A stretch of 64,000 nt of DNA. It comes from Naegleria gruberi (lineage: Eukaryota). The DNA is taken from the NCBI GenBank assembly GCA_000004985.1, contig GG738864.1; one strand, given 5' to 3'. The notes beneath the pieces were generated by a model. That model was not told where the DNA came from. It saw only the letters and a program-made list of their open reading frames with translations, and did not search any database. Made by a program: the position numbers and the translations under genes. The number at the start of each line of letters is the position of its first letter. Position 1 is the stretch's first letter. Of this stretch, positions 46,849 through 57,490 are shown in pieces.

Positions 46849-47334
46849 TTGTCAAACATTGCTGATTGTTTGGAATTACTGTATGTGATGGTTAAATCAT
46901 TGTGTTTGATGATGGTAATGTGTAATGTGTGGATGCCTCTTGTTGGTACTATGTTTTCCTTTGCATTCAATAATATTTGTGCGTATCTTGTGTGAATCGT
47001 AGTTGGAAGTGACGAGATTCATATTGCCATTGAAGAGGTGGTGAGGTTGTTTGTTACCTCTATCAATTTGAACGCACTTGTGATGGTTTTTGGTTGGTTG
47101 TTGATCATCGATATTAGACAATAGGCTCTATTATGTGTTCTCTCTTAATGGATTGGCCATGGCTCTAGTTTACAAAAATTCAATGTGGCTCGAAAAAACC
47201 GTTGCTCGTTAAAAAATTTTAAAAGTTAAAGTTTTGGAGCGTAACGGTTTGCTTTAAACTTTTTCAAAAACGTTACGAGTTGGTATTCAAAAAGTAAAAA
47301 AGACACCGTCCTACTACTCACCAACCACTCCAAA

Positions 47335-48024
47335 ATGTCTGCCGATTTGAAGAAGCCTTGCTCATCATACATTCTCTACTGTAATGGTATGTAATAAGAG
47401 TGAATATATAACATTTAAGGTTTTCTTACTCTCTGTAAAAATAATATCATGACCTTCTTCAACTTTCCATTGATGATGAATTTTAATAATAATAATAATA
47501 ATACTAATTGATGATCAACAATAATTACAGACAATAGAACTGCCGTAAAGACTCGTCTCGGTGATGATGTCTCCCAAAAGGAAGTCCAAAAGGAATTAGC
47601 CAAGATGTGGAAGGAAGTCTCTGACGAAACCAAGGAAAAGTACAAGAAGATCTACCAACAAAACAAGGCTGAATATGATAAGAAGATTGAAGCTATCAAG
47701 GCCGCTGAAAGTGATGACTCTGATGATACCAACAAGAGACAACTCAGAAAGAGAAAGGCTAAGAAGGAAGAATCCTCTGATGATGAATCAAGCAAGAAGA
47801 AGAAGAAATCTACTGAAAAGAAGGAAACTGCTCCAAGAAAGCCAAACGGTTATCAAGTCTACATGAAGGAAAACAAGGAAAAGCTCAAGACTGATACTTT
47901 GACTGGTAAGAAACTCACAGAAAAGGTTCAAAAGATGTGGAAGGAATTAGATGATGATGAAAAGAAGAAGTGGACTGAAAAGGCTAAGAATGCCAAGCCA
48001 GCTTCTGAAGATTCTGACGAGTAA
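47335..48024 (+). CDS. Chromatin protein with two HMG boxes (HMGB/NHP6-like) and an acidic/Ser-rich linker
   Basis: Exon 1 is 47335..47386 (MSADLKKPCSSYILYCN). The intron is 47387..47530 (GTATGT ... atactaat ... ttacag, 144 nt). Exon 2 is 47531..48024. HMG box 1 reads KKPCSSYILYCNDNRTAVK...KELAKMWKEVSDETKEKYKK. HMG box 2 reads PRKPNGYQVYMKENKEKLK...KVQKMWKELDDDEKKKW. A poly-Lys/Asp/Ser acidic tail follows. Confidence 0.8.
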
Positions 48025-48698
48025 ATTTACCACAGACAACACTCTCACAATTCTCCCATCACACAACAAATCTAAAACTTCACCAACAACCAACACACCA
48101 AATTGTTAATAACTTGTGTACAGTACACTTCTAGGCCCCATCACTACAATTGATGATCACCTCTAGTTTCCAAACAAATAAAACAAAAAACAATTATTTA
48201 AATATTAATTTAATTATCATTCTCTTGTTGATTCTAAATTCCATGAGTTACTAATGAAGAACAAGTAACACTTTGAATATCAGAAGTAGTACTTATTTCA
48301 TCCTAGCTAGTCAAATATTGAATATTCATTATATTCTAATGAAGAATTTGGCAAGTTGTTTTCAATTGCAAAGGAAGATGTTGCACCATGCAATATTTGG
48401 TGTTTTTCATCAACAATTTTAGGTCATGGTTTCAATTTGGAACTACCAAGCCGGTCAATGTCAGATGTCCTGAACAAAAAAAAACATCATCTCTGTAATT
48501 TCCTTCAGTCATCATCACCCTCCTTCAGTGGTCAATCATCACATTATTCTGCAGTCACTCCTATTGATACAACAATATTCAATATTAAAAAAACATCTCC
48601 ACAGCATCCTCGTTTGTCATTTCCTCAAACTAAACCAAACTATTCAATACAACTCCCAACACTTTGTCAATAAGAATAAAAATTTCTAGAATTTGGAA

Positions 48699-50282
48699 AT
48701 GGGTAACCAAGCAACTTCTGCCACTACAGGTTTCGACTTATCAACCTCAAACAGACGTTCAAGGAACTTTTCTGCAGAACAAAATTTGAAAAATGTACAA
48801 AATGAACAAATTCAATCAACTCTCATTAATTGTTTTGCATTAGGTGATGATATGATTTATTACTTGTGGAAGTTTTATGATTTGGATCATAATAATGAAT
48901 TGGATTTGACAGAAATGAGAACTTTTCTAACAGAATTGATTCATACACTTCATGATGTTTGTCTGAGGAGTGAGCTACTTGCATACGAAACTGGTAAAAA
49001 GAGAGACTTGAGTCAATCAGGACAGTCCACTCAGGCAACAACAACTACATCGACAGCAGCTAGTACTGGAGGAGCTACTTCAACTTCAACAACAAATAGT
49101 TCAACAATAACCAACGAAACAGATTCGAAACAGCTCGATAAGAAGAAATCTTCTCGTTTTGCAATTTTTAAAAAGAAGAATAGAATGTCAACAGATTTCA
49201 ACGAAAAGAAAGCATCAACACCTCTCTGGAGAAGATCTAGAAATCTCTCCGATGAAGATAGTATGAAACGAAGATCAGTAGCTGTCATTCCAGGTGCTGG
49301 GATAGGCAACCATCACAACTTTGAACAAATGATTACTGGAAATACAGAACAAGACGATATTAAAAGGAGGTGGAAAGCAATTAGAGAACATATGGAAGGT
49401 AATATTGGTGATATTATTAAGAAGGTTGATAAGGATCAAAATGGAACTATCAACTATCAGGAATTTCTTGAATTTATGAAAACATATGATATCAAGGATA
49501 TGCTCAATAATATTGAACCATCAATGGTTTCTCCAAATTTACTCGATGGAAAACTAATGGGACTATTCAGTGAAGGACTCGCTGATGATAATGTTTCGGA
49601 TGTTTCCTCTCCTAGATCCATAACTACGGAAAATCCAACTTCTCCTCAAACGAAGGAAGGAAGAAGAAAATCAGCAATTTTCCAAGTACTTTCTCATACT
49701 CCGAGCGAATCATCTCTTCCATCTCTTGACTTACCTTCCAATAAGAAACCATTGAATAAGGGTGATTTATTGAATACTGTAATTTTTTCTAATGGACAGG
49801 AGACTCTGGATTTCCTAGCTCAATACAAGGAATCTATTGATAGAGTGGAATTGAATGCAGCATTGAGAAGAGCAATTGTAGATAATAACCCATCTAAAAC
49901 TAGGGCAATTCTCAAATATGGAGCTGCCGTTTGTCAATCATTCAAGGATGAAAATCAAGAAGAAAATTCAGAAGGATTTGATATGCTTACCACTTCACTC
50001 TTGAAAGCACTTGCATCATATTCACCATGTATGGACGGAGGAGAAATTGAAAAGTTACAATTAATTATTCGATTACTAGTTTCTAAAGGATGGTTTGGAA
50101 ATCATAATACAGATGAAAATTCAAGTCAATTCAAACAATTGTCCCCTGACATTATCTATGAATCTATGGTTTCGCATAATGATTCAATGTCCATGTATGA
50201 AGACGAGTTAAGGGATGCTCTGGGCGAGACTAAATCTTTTGAAGAGATTGAATCAGAATATTCTAGTCAACTCGAGGACTAA
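48699..50282 (+). CDS. EF-hand calcium-binding protein (527 aa) with an N-myristoylation consensus
   Basis: The true ATG is at 48699 (MGNQATS; Gly2 and Thr6 fit the N-myristoyltransferase consensus). The ORF-track start at 48693 is a TTG. There are two canonical 12-residue EF loops, DLDHNNELDLTE and DKDQNGTINYQE. The linker is Ser/Thr-rich. Confidence 0.6.
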   Translation: MGNQATSATTGFDLSTSNRRSRNFSAEQNLKNVQNEQIQSTLINCFALGDDMIYYLWKFYDLDHNNELDLTEMRTFLTELIHTLHDVCLRSELLAYETGKKRDLSQSGQSTQATTTTSTAASTGGATSTSTTNSSTITNETDSKQLDKKKSSRFAIFKKKNRMSTDFNEKKASTPLWRRSRNLSDEDSMKRRSVAVIPGAGIGNHHNFEQMITGNTEQDDIKRRWKAIREHMEGNIGDIIKKVDKDQNGTINYQEFLEFMKTYDIKDMLNNIEPSMVSPNLLDGKLMGLFSEGLADDNVSDVSSPRSITTENPTSPQTKEGRRKSAIFQVLSHTPSESSLPSLDLPSNKKPLNKGDLLNTVIFSNGQETLDFLAQYKESIDRVELNAALRRAIVDNNPSKTRAILKYGAAVCQSFKDENQEENSEGFDMLTTSLLKALASYSPCMDGGEIEKLQLIIRLLVSKGWFGNHNTDENSSQFKQLSPDIIYESMVSHNDSMSMYEDELRDALGETKSFEEIESEYSSQLED

Positions 50283-50437
50283 CAATGTACAAAAATTAAC
50301 AAATATTTCAAACAAACTTTATTTCATTATTAAAAATCTTTCATTACAAAATTCAATTTTACTAGTATTGTCAAATTCGATATTTAAGAGCACGAATTTC
50401 TTGTTAGATTGATATTTCATATTTTAATACAACTGAT

Positions 50438-50555
50438 GGCTACGGCCATATCACGATGAATGCACCTCATCCCGTCCGATTTGAGAAGTTAAGCATCGTC
50501 GAGCCACATCAGTACTGAGGTTGGAGACAACTTGGGAACCTGTGGTGCTGTAGTC
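50438..50555 (+). rRNA. 5S rRNA gene (118 nt)
   Basis: The sequence runs ggctacggccatatcacgatgaatgcacctcatcccgtccgatttgagaagttaagcatcgtcgagccacatcagtactgaggttggagacaacttgggaacctgtggtgctgtagtc and is followed by a TTTTT Pol III terminator. Helix I is fully paired, including two G-U pairs. Confidence 0.9.
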
Positions 50556-50850
50556 TTTTTATCTGTTAGAGCATGATTCTTCTGGAATATGAAGAACAAT
50601 ATTAAAACATTGACTTGATATTTATCCTTATTATCTCTTCCTTTGTGAAAAATCATTTCTTGACTTACTGTCTAAAGATTTTGTTAATCGTAAACTATTT
50701 CAATGTTTGAAGACTCAAATTCGAAATTTTATCGTTTATTGATCAACCACAAGTTTCTCTTTCTAAATAGATTAAAATAAAAGGTGATAAATAGATGGTC
50801 AGGTAGCAAGCGTTTCTAAATAATAATTACTGAACCAACAATCAATAGAT

Positions 50851-50925
50851 TAGTTGCCTTCACTGTTCATACAGTCAAAGACTGTAGCGGGACTGTCGCT
50901 ATATTCCTGGCAGGCTTCCCGTCCA
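50851..50925 (-). repeat. Conserved 74-nt element X, copy 2, inverted relative to copy 1 and about 300 bp downstream of the 5S gene
   Basis: Reverse-complementing 50851-50925 gives gacgggaagcctgccaggaatatagcgacagtcccgctacagtctttgactgtatgaacagtgaaggcaa. The flanks show the same weak similarity seen around copy 1. The ttactgaaccaacaatc segment beside it recurs at 4541-4557, next to the 5S pseudogene. Confidence 0.45.
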
Positions 50926-51091
50926 AAATTAATAATTGAAATGGTAATGTGACAATAACAACCACCAAGATAACACACTTTCTGGTTAATCATGGATTGT
51001 CTGTTTATGCTTATTTCTTAAAATAAGTGAAACAAGTAAATATATCAATAATATGAACATTTATCTTTCCATTAACCTTTTCTTCCACTTG

Positions 51092-52313
51092 TATTGTAGT
51101 TTTCCAGAAACCATGACATAAATTTTTCAACACCAATCATTTTTCCATCCATGTTGATCGATTAAAATCCATCTAATCAATCTATTTTTTGATCAATCTA
51201 TCAAACAATCGATCATGATTCATTAACAATTTCAATCAGCTAATTATCAAAAGATTGTTGTTTGATTTCTTGTGATGTTTCAAAATAAAGCACTTCAAAA
51301 CACAAAAAGTTGTTTTTCCAAATTGCTTAAAGTCATGTGCCAAGCCAATCCTCCGATGTGGCATTTGAAAATAAATATGAATTTCTTATAATCCTTTCAG
51401 AGCTCAATGACTGAAAGTTGCCTCAACACTTTTCCAAGAATATGCCAAGTGCTCACTCTTGATTTTTGAAATTTGGGATATGGATATTGAAATATTACAT
51501 AAATGTTTGAGTAAATATTGAACTCCCCAAAGTCAGAGTGTTGGTTCTTGATTAAATAATTGCTTACACAAGTTTGGACGTTGTTGCTCCTGAACATGTG
51601 GTTTTGTTCAAAGAACACCTTATCAAGTTTGCTTTCATTCTCGCCCTTTATCATTAATTAAGGCACTCAATAATTCAAATCTTTTTTCAAGTGTTGTATT
51701 TTATCATGTCAAGTACTTGGGAAACTCGTTTGATGTAGTGGAAGATCCACTAGTAATTCAGTAAGTAACAAATCTATCTAATTTGTAACCCAGCATTTCT
51801 GAAAATGTCGAATTCATTGTAAAGAAATTAAACCACATTCAAACTTAATGAATTGTTCCTGATGTCATCCAGCTTGATATGGAATTAAGTAATACCAATA
51901 AGGTGATTTTCAAGGCACTCTATACTGACATCCAACCAAGGGTTGGTTCAAAATGAAAAAGGAGCAATTTGGAGAAGATTTTTCGAACCTTTGTGAAACA
52001 ATTCAAATAAGGGAGAAGGAAATCTGTGTCTCTAAAAAAATAATTGAAAAAACCAAAAAAAAGGCAAGAAGAAAATCAAACCTGAACTGGAAGAACAAAA
52101 GAAATCATCAAAATCAAAGTCTCAAGCTCAGTTCAATGAGGATTTTGAGATATAATGAAGAACATTGATAGATCGATCGATTGATCGATCAATTAATTGA
52201 TAAAATTCTATGTTTCATCCATTCAATCGATCATTTTCCATCTCGATCAATCATCGATCGGTAAAAAAATTCCATCGAACAATTTATGTCATGGTTTCTC
52301 GAAAACTACAATA
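51092..52313. mobile_element. Non-autonomous DNA-transposon-like element (about 1.22 kb) with 37-bp terminal inverted repeats, subterminal ATCGAT/TGATCA motif clusters and possible TA target-site duplication
   Basis: The left TIR is tattgtagttttccagaaaccatgacataaatttttc at 51092-51128. The right TIR is gaacaatttatgtcatggtttctcgaaaactacaata at 52278-52313, which is its reverse complement with 2 mismatches in 37. If the ends are set at ttgtag...ctacaa, both flanks are TA. Subterminal regions 51150-51240 and 52160-52290 are dense in the palindromes ATCGAT and TGATCA (gatcgatcgattgatcgatcaattaattga). The only internal ORF is 71 aa and Lys-rich, so no transposase is encoded. Confidence 0.5.
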
Positions 52314-52920
52314 TCTCTTTTTCATAGTTCTTCCACAAAAGTTCTGAAGGTCTGAATTAGTAGGAACCTATTTTACAGTTAATGAAGGAACCTGTAAAGT
52401 TGTTATTTCAACTTAGTTTCTTCAACAAGGTCTTCTGCTGTTATTACAAGAAAGGATTGTTAGTTAAGTAAAAAGGGGGAGAAACACAGAAGCTAAACAA
52501 AAAAGAGATGAACAGTTCCTGTTGTATTCACATAATGCAGTGATGGATCATTGTTAACATGATTAATTAACTCCGCTCTTTGTACTAATTCAATTCTAAC
52601 ATGCCTTATTTCATAATCAAGTCAATGACCTCTTTCAACAATTACAATACAGTGAAAAGGTTGTGAATGGCAATATATGAAAAATGAGATTGGCAGACCA
52701 TTTTTAACAGATCATATTTCAAAAAGGAAATACTGTAATAGATTGGAAAGGTCAACTCGAAACATGTCAGTGAGAAACATTGTAAAGTATACTATTCATC
52801 CATTAGTTTAATAAGCTAATTACCCGAACGTTTTCCAACAGACCAAAGGTGCTGCACTTGCAAACTAAAGCAATATTCAAAAACCTCATGTTGCAACCTT
52901 TCTTCTAAACACTCAAAAAA

Positions 52921-54573
52921 ATGAAATCAGCAACCGGCATTCTTTGCTTCATCTGCTTATTAACACTGCTCATTCTCAAAGCAGACTACACTCTCCAACA
53001 ATTCACATGTTTCGGCTTGGACCCAACTGACCTTAGCGTCTGTGGAGGAAACGGTTTTTGCACAGCTCAAGACACATGTGATTGTCAAGATCTTTCATAT
53101 GGTGGCTATATTCACTCTAACATCAATGGTACTCTCAATAGATTAGTCAAAATTGCAAATGCTCCAAGAAATGAACATCTCGTCCTCCAATTAGACGCCA
53201 ATCTCATCTTGTTTAGTGATACAGCAGGTTTACCTGATTGGGCATCCGGTACCTATTCTCCATTGAATTCAGATCGTTACATGAGGATTGATAATAGCAC
53301 TGGTGCTTTCACACTTCACAAACTTGATGGAACTGTCTATGCTACAGTCTCTTCTGGATGTAATGGTGGAATTGGTCCATTCAGATTGGTTGTGAGATCA
53401 GATAGAAATTTGGCAATATACGATTCTATTGGAAAGATCTGCTGGATTATTGACAAGTATCCACACATTGGTTCAGTCATGTATCATGGAGCCAAATGTG
53501 ATGTTCCAATTTGCTTTGATAAGAATGCAACTGAGGTATGCTCTGGAAGAGGTTATTGTAATGTTCCACATAATTGTACTTGTATGGAAGGTGCCTTTGG
53601 TTATGATTGTAGAAATTTCACATGCTTTGGACTTGCTATCAATGATACCTCTGTTTGTTCTGGACATGGTCAATGCAATAATTTGAATAATTGCACATGT
53701 AATGATGGTTATTTTGGATCAAAGTGTCAAGAATTCAACTGTAATGGAATTCATTATAAGGAATCAAGTGTTTGCAGTGGTAAAGGAGTTTGTTCTAGTC
53801 CTAATGTTTGTAATTGCACACAAGGTTATAGTGGAGCATATTGTCAAGAATATTATTGTGATGGAACTCTTTACAATGACCAAAATGTTTGTTCTGGACA
53901 TGGCAAATGTAATGCTCCAGATAGTTGCTCATGTTCTGCTGGTTATTCTGGTGCCACATGTCTAGATTATACATGTTATGGAATTCATTATGCAGATCAA
54001 ACAGTTTGTTCAGGAAGAGGTAAATGTATTGGTCCAGATGGTTGCACCTGTCCAACTGATTTCTCTGGAACATCATGTCAAGATTATTACTGTAATGGAA
54101 TTCATTACAAGGAATCAAATGTTTGTAATGGACGAGGTGTCTGCTCAGCACCAACTATTTGCAATTGCACACAAGGATACACTGGTACATATTGTCAAGA
54201 TTTCAACTGTAATGGAACTTATTACAGTGATGCAAAGGTTTGCTCTGGAAATGGTAAATGTAATGCTCCAGACAGTTGCTCATGTTCTGCTGGTTTCTCT
54301 GGAGCTACATGTCAAGATTTCTATTGTAATGGAATTCTTTCCAATGATGAAAAAGTTTGTTCAGGAAATGGAAAATGTGCATCTCCAAATAATTGTGTTT
54401 GCTCTCCTCAATTTAGAGGTGTCAGTTGTGAAACTAAAGTACCTTCTACTGTTGCTTCCTTGAGTGGAAATGTTATTGGAAAGGTCAATAGCTCAATTTC
54501 CATTAAGAAGGTTAGCACTCTTCAAATGATATTCATCTTGGCATGTGTAATGATTTGTGCCATCTTGTTTTAA
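52921..54573 (+). CDS. Secreted, probably GPI-anchored protein: signal peptide, bulb-type (B-) lectin domain and about ten tenascin/teneurin-type EGF repeats
   Basis: ATG at 52921 with signal peptide MKSATGILCFICLLTLLILKA. The B-lectin motifs are QLDANLILFSD and LVVRSDRNLAIYDSIGKICW. EGF repeats CxxGYxGxxCQxxxCNGxxYxxxxVCSGxGxCxxPxxCxC occur about ten times. The C-terminus has a Ser-rich omega region followed by a hydrophobic tail STLQMIFILACVMICAILF. Confidence 0.7.
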   Translation: MKSATGILCFICLLTLLILKADYTLQQFTCFGLDPTDLSVCGGNGFCTAQDTCDCQDLSYGGYIHSNINGTLNRLVKIANAPRNEHLVLQLDANLILFSDTAGLPDWASGTYSPLNSDRYMRIDNSTGAFTLHKLDGTVYATVSSGCNGGIGPFRLVVRSDRNLAIYDSIGKICWIIDKYPHIGSVMYHGAKCDVPICFDKNATEVCSGRGYCNVPHNCTCMEGAFGYDCRNFTCFGLAINDTSVCSGHGQCNNLNNCTCNDGYFGSKCQEFNCNGIHYKESSVCSGKGVCSSPNVCNCTQGYSGAYCQEYYCDGTLYNDQNVCSGHGKCNAPDSCSCSAGYSGATCLDYTCYGIHYADQTVCSGRGKCIGPDGCTCPTDFSGTSCQDYYCNGIHYKESNVCNGRGVCSAPTICNCTQGYTGTYCQDFNCNGTYYSDAKVCSGNGKCNAPDSCSCSAGFSGATCQDFYCNGILSNDEKVCSGNGKCASPNNCVCSPQFRGVSCETKVPSTVASLSGNVIGKVNSSISIKKVSTLQMIFILACVMICAILF

Positions 54574-54690
54574 CAAATTGAAAACCCTTTTCACATTCAA
54601 TATAAATTCAATTTTTTGTAAAATCAATAAATTGCAAGTTTAATTGAAAAAAGAATTTCTAATTTCCTCACTGTATGATACTAAATCTTA

Positions 54691-55064
54691 TTAAAAACTA
54701 GTCTTTTGTTGCTTGTATTTCAAACCTTCAGTTCCATCCAATAAAACATAAACTCCATCATCTGTCAAATTAAATGTAAAAACTTTTTCAAATCCAACTT
54801 CAGGTAAAACTAATTTCAATTCAATTTTATGAGCACGAGCAATGGAAGGGAGAGGAAGATCCAAAACAAGTTCCTTATCAACTTCTCCTGTGGAATCTTC
54901 AAAAACAAGCTCAAATTCACTTGAGGTTGAGTTGAGTGATTTGATGAAAATTTTCTAATAATTAGGATTTAAATTATTTGATGAATTTTGATGTGATTAC
55001 ATACTGCTGGATCTTCTTCACTGGCTGGGAGTTCCTTGACAAAGAGGTGGAGTTGTGTGGACAT
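54691..55064 (-). CDS. Small two-exon gene encoding a roughly 108-aa hypothetical protein
   Basis: Exon 1 is 55064..55005 (MSTQLHLFVKELPASEEDPA). The intron is 55004..54955 (GTATGT...aattattag, 50 nt). Exon 2 is 54954..54691 (KIFIKSLNSTSSEFELVFEDSTGEVDKELVLDLPLPSIARAHKIELKLVLPEVGFEKVFTFNLTDDGVYVLLDGTEGLKYKQQKTSF). I recognised no domain. Confidence 0.4.
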
Positions 55065-55381
55065 TTTTTTTTGTTTATTAATAAAAGATAATTAAGACAG
55101 TTGAAGGAATCTTTTTATGGATTGACATGTGTTAAAATTGGATGATCAATAAATATTTTAAATGTTTTGTAATGTTGGGCGCTCTGGTTATGTCATCTAC
55201 AGTTGCTTTACAATGAGGGTTTCATTACCATAGTACCTATCTGAAACTCCAATTCTAGTATGAATAATCAACAAGATTAAAGTACACTATATTATTCAAC
55301 AAGATTAGTGCACACTATTATTGGTATTTTACAATTTTATTTACATGATATTCGATTCGTTTACATTCGTTTATAATAAAT

Positions 55382-55648
55382 CTATTCTCTCTTAACCCAA
55401 TAGGTATGAGAAATTGGAGCAAAATCAACCTGAGTCACAATATCCTTATTTTCACCAGGTCTAGCACAATACTTTGATTCAAAAGCAAGAGTTTCAGGTG
55501 TGGCACGAGCTTCAACAAATGATTTACCTTGTTCAGCTTCTTGCCATTTCAAGTTGGCAACTGAACCAGCAGAGAGGATGGCCATTGCTGATAACCAAAC
55601 GTATGGCTTGTAGAAGAAGTATTGGAAACCAATTTTATGATAGGTCAT
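55382..55648 (-). CDS. Small hypothetical protein (88 aa) with one predicted TM helix
   Basis: ATG at 55648. The hydrophobic stretch is YVWLSAMAILSAGSV. The size and shape resemble small mitochondrial respiratory-chain or accessory subunits, but no specific match is supportable. Confidence 0.3.
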   Translation of the reverse strand: MTYHKIGFQYFFYKPYVWLSAMAILSAGSVANLKWQEAEQGKSFVEARATPETLAFESKYCARPGENKDIVTQVDFAPISHTYWVKRE

Positions 55649-56124
55649 TTTGGATTTTAATGATCAATTCGAAAGAGATCGAGATAATGTCGTTTTTTTT
55701 TAGAGTGGTGAAATAATGGAAAGTTGGCGAAACCAAAGAATTTAAAGTGATGGTTGGCAGGGAAACCGAAGCAAATTGAAGGAGAAAATATTTCCAAACG
55801 TCGACATATTTTAAAAACTACATGTAAGGAAGTCAGTTACAACAAATTGACATTTTCGACGTTGTAATGTCATTTTTCCAAATTAGCACCTGTCAGCGAA
55901 ATGTCATACAAAAACTGTAGATAACATTAATGTATGTGTTATTTTCAATTCTACAATCAATTGAAGATTTCATCCCTTGATCAAAAAAACAACTCAATTT
56001 CATTTTCAACAATCTCTATTGAGGATTTCAATATCCTAATGAAATATATTCTTCGATCTTTCCTCTTCTTCTTGAAAGATTGCATGAATAGTTCAATTAT
56101 TTACCATAGTTGACTTTACAATTC

Positions 56125-57408
56125 ATGAACAGAAATATTACTCCACTCAAAAAAATGAATCAAGATCAAAATGTACTGCTATATGATAATTTTCCCTTCC
56201 ACCGAAAAATATTAAACACCACCATCACAACATGCCATTCTCGGATCATGATTAACAATTCACTTTATATGTTCCAACTCATTAAAGGTGAAAATATGAT
56301 CAAGGTTTCTAGGGTGTCTTTTCTGGGTGAGGGTTTGGAGTATAGAATTTACGAATATCAGAATGTGAGAATATACAATGAGGATGATGCTGATGAAAAT
56401 TCACTTGTAGTTTTAACATTTATTGAAATTGGAGAATTGAATGGTTATTTCTACATGTTTTCCGAATCTGAAGGAAGTGGCAGGAATTTAGAACAGGTTC
56501 ATAGGTTGAAAATTATTGAAGAGAATAATGCTTCTTCGATTCAAGTTGAGAGAATTTATAAGAGTTTTGAAACTTCGTATGTGAGAATTCTGAGTCCATT
56601 ATTAGCAGATAGAGAGAGGAATTGTTTTTACTGGTTTGGTGGATATAGGATTAGAAAATCAACCAGTTTGAAGGATTGTATCAAGTTTAATGTGGAAACG
56701 TGTGAATTTGAATTTTTGACAAATTTTCAAATGGGATTTGTTTTACATTCTCAATCTTCATTGTTTTGGAAGAATAGATATGTCATTGTATTTGGAGGTT
56801 GGATCACTTCTTGTTTTACAACAGCCAATATTTATGCATTTGATGTTGAGAATAGAAATTGGTATTCAATTTATTGTATTGATGACACAGATGAGGAGGT
56901 AATACCAAAAATTTTGCCTAGATATAATTCTGGAATGGTATTGGTTTCTAATAGGTGGGCCAGTAAATTTAATGCAACTATTCCATCAAATGATGATATG
57001 GATACATTATTCATTTATGGAGGACATATTGATTATATGGATATAACACGAGATACACATGAGGTATTGTTATTTCACTTGGACGAGTCGCTATTCCAAC
57101 TTGGAGAAGTGATTACAGAAACTCATATACCATTTAGTTTGACCAATTATTGTAAAGATTATTGGGAAAAGAAATTGAGCGAAACTGAATTTAATTTATT
57201 TAAGGATAATTTCAAGATTCTTCCTACCACTAATGTAAGCACCATTTATAACTTTAAATGTCATACTGGGAAGGAGAGATTGTACATTCTCAATGGATAC
57301 GACAAAACTAGTATATCAAAATTAGATTTGTGTGATATGAGATCTTTGTTTAATTCGAATTTATTGAAATTTTCACATTATTGGGATGTTCAATTTTCAT
57401 TTTTATAA
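56125..57408 (+). CDS. Putative Kelch-type beta-propeller protein (about 427 aa)
   Basis: The first ATG is at 56125. The ORF-track start at 56110 is a TTG. There are repeated GG...W...Y-type blades, for example FWKNRYVIVFGGWITSCFTTANIYAFDVENRNWY, LFIYGGHIDYMD and RNCFYWFGGYRI. Confidence 0.4.
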   Translation: MNRNITPLKKMNQDQNVLLYDNFPFHRKILNTTITTCHSRIMINNSLYMFQLIKGENMIKVSRVSFLGEGLEYRIYEYQNVRIYNEDDADENSLVVLTFIEIGELNGYFYMFSESEGSGRNLEQVHRLKIIEENNASSIQVERIYKSFETSYVRILSPLLADRERNCFYWFGGYRIRKSTSLKDCIKFNVETCEFEFLTNFQMGFVLHSQSSLFWKNRYVIVFGGWITSCFTTANIYAFDVENRNWYSIYCIDDTDEEVIPKILPRYNSGMVLVSNRWASKFNATIPSNDDMDTLFIYGGHIDYMDITRDTHEVLLFHLDESLFQLGEVITETHIPFSLTNYCKDYWEKKLSETEFNLFKDNFKILPTTNVSTIYNFKCHTGKERLYILNGYDKTSISKLDLCDMRSLFNSNLLKFSHYWDVQFSFL

Positions 57409-57490
57409 TATTCTGGTATTTATTTCAATGAAATTACTAAATAAATTGGAATCTTAATTTAAATTCCACAAATTCCAATTCAACTTTAGA

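Noticed and set aside
51953-52168. 71-aa Lys-rich ORF inside the TIR element
   Set aside because: It is too short for a transposase and has no catalytic motifs. It is treated as non-coding interior of a non-autonomous element.
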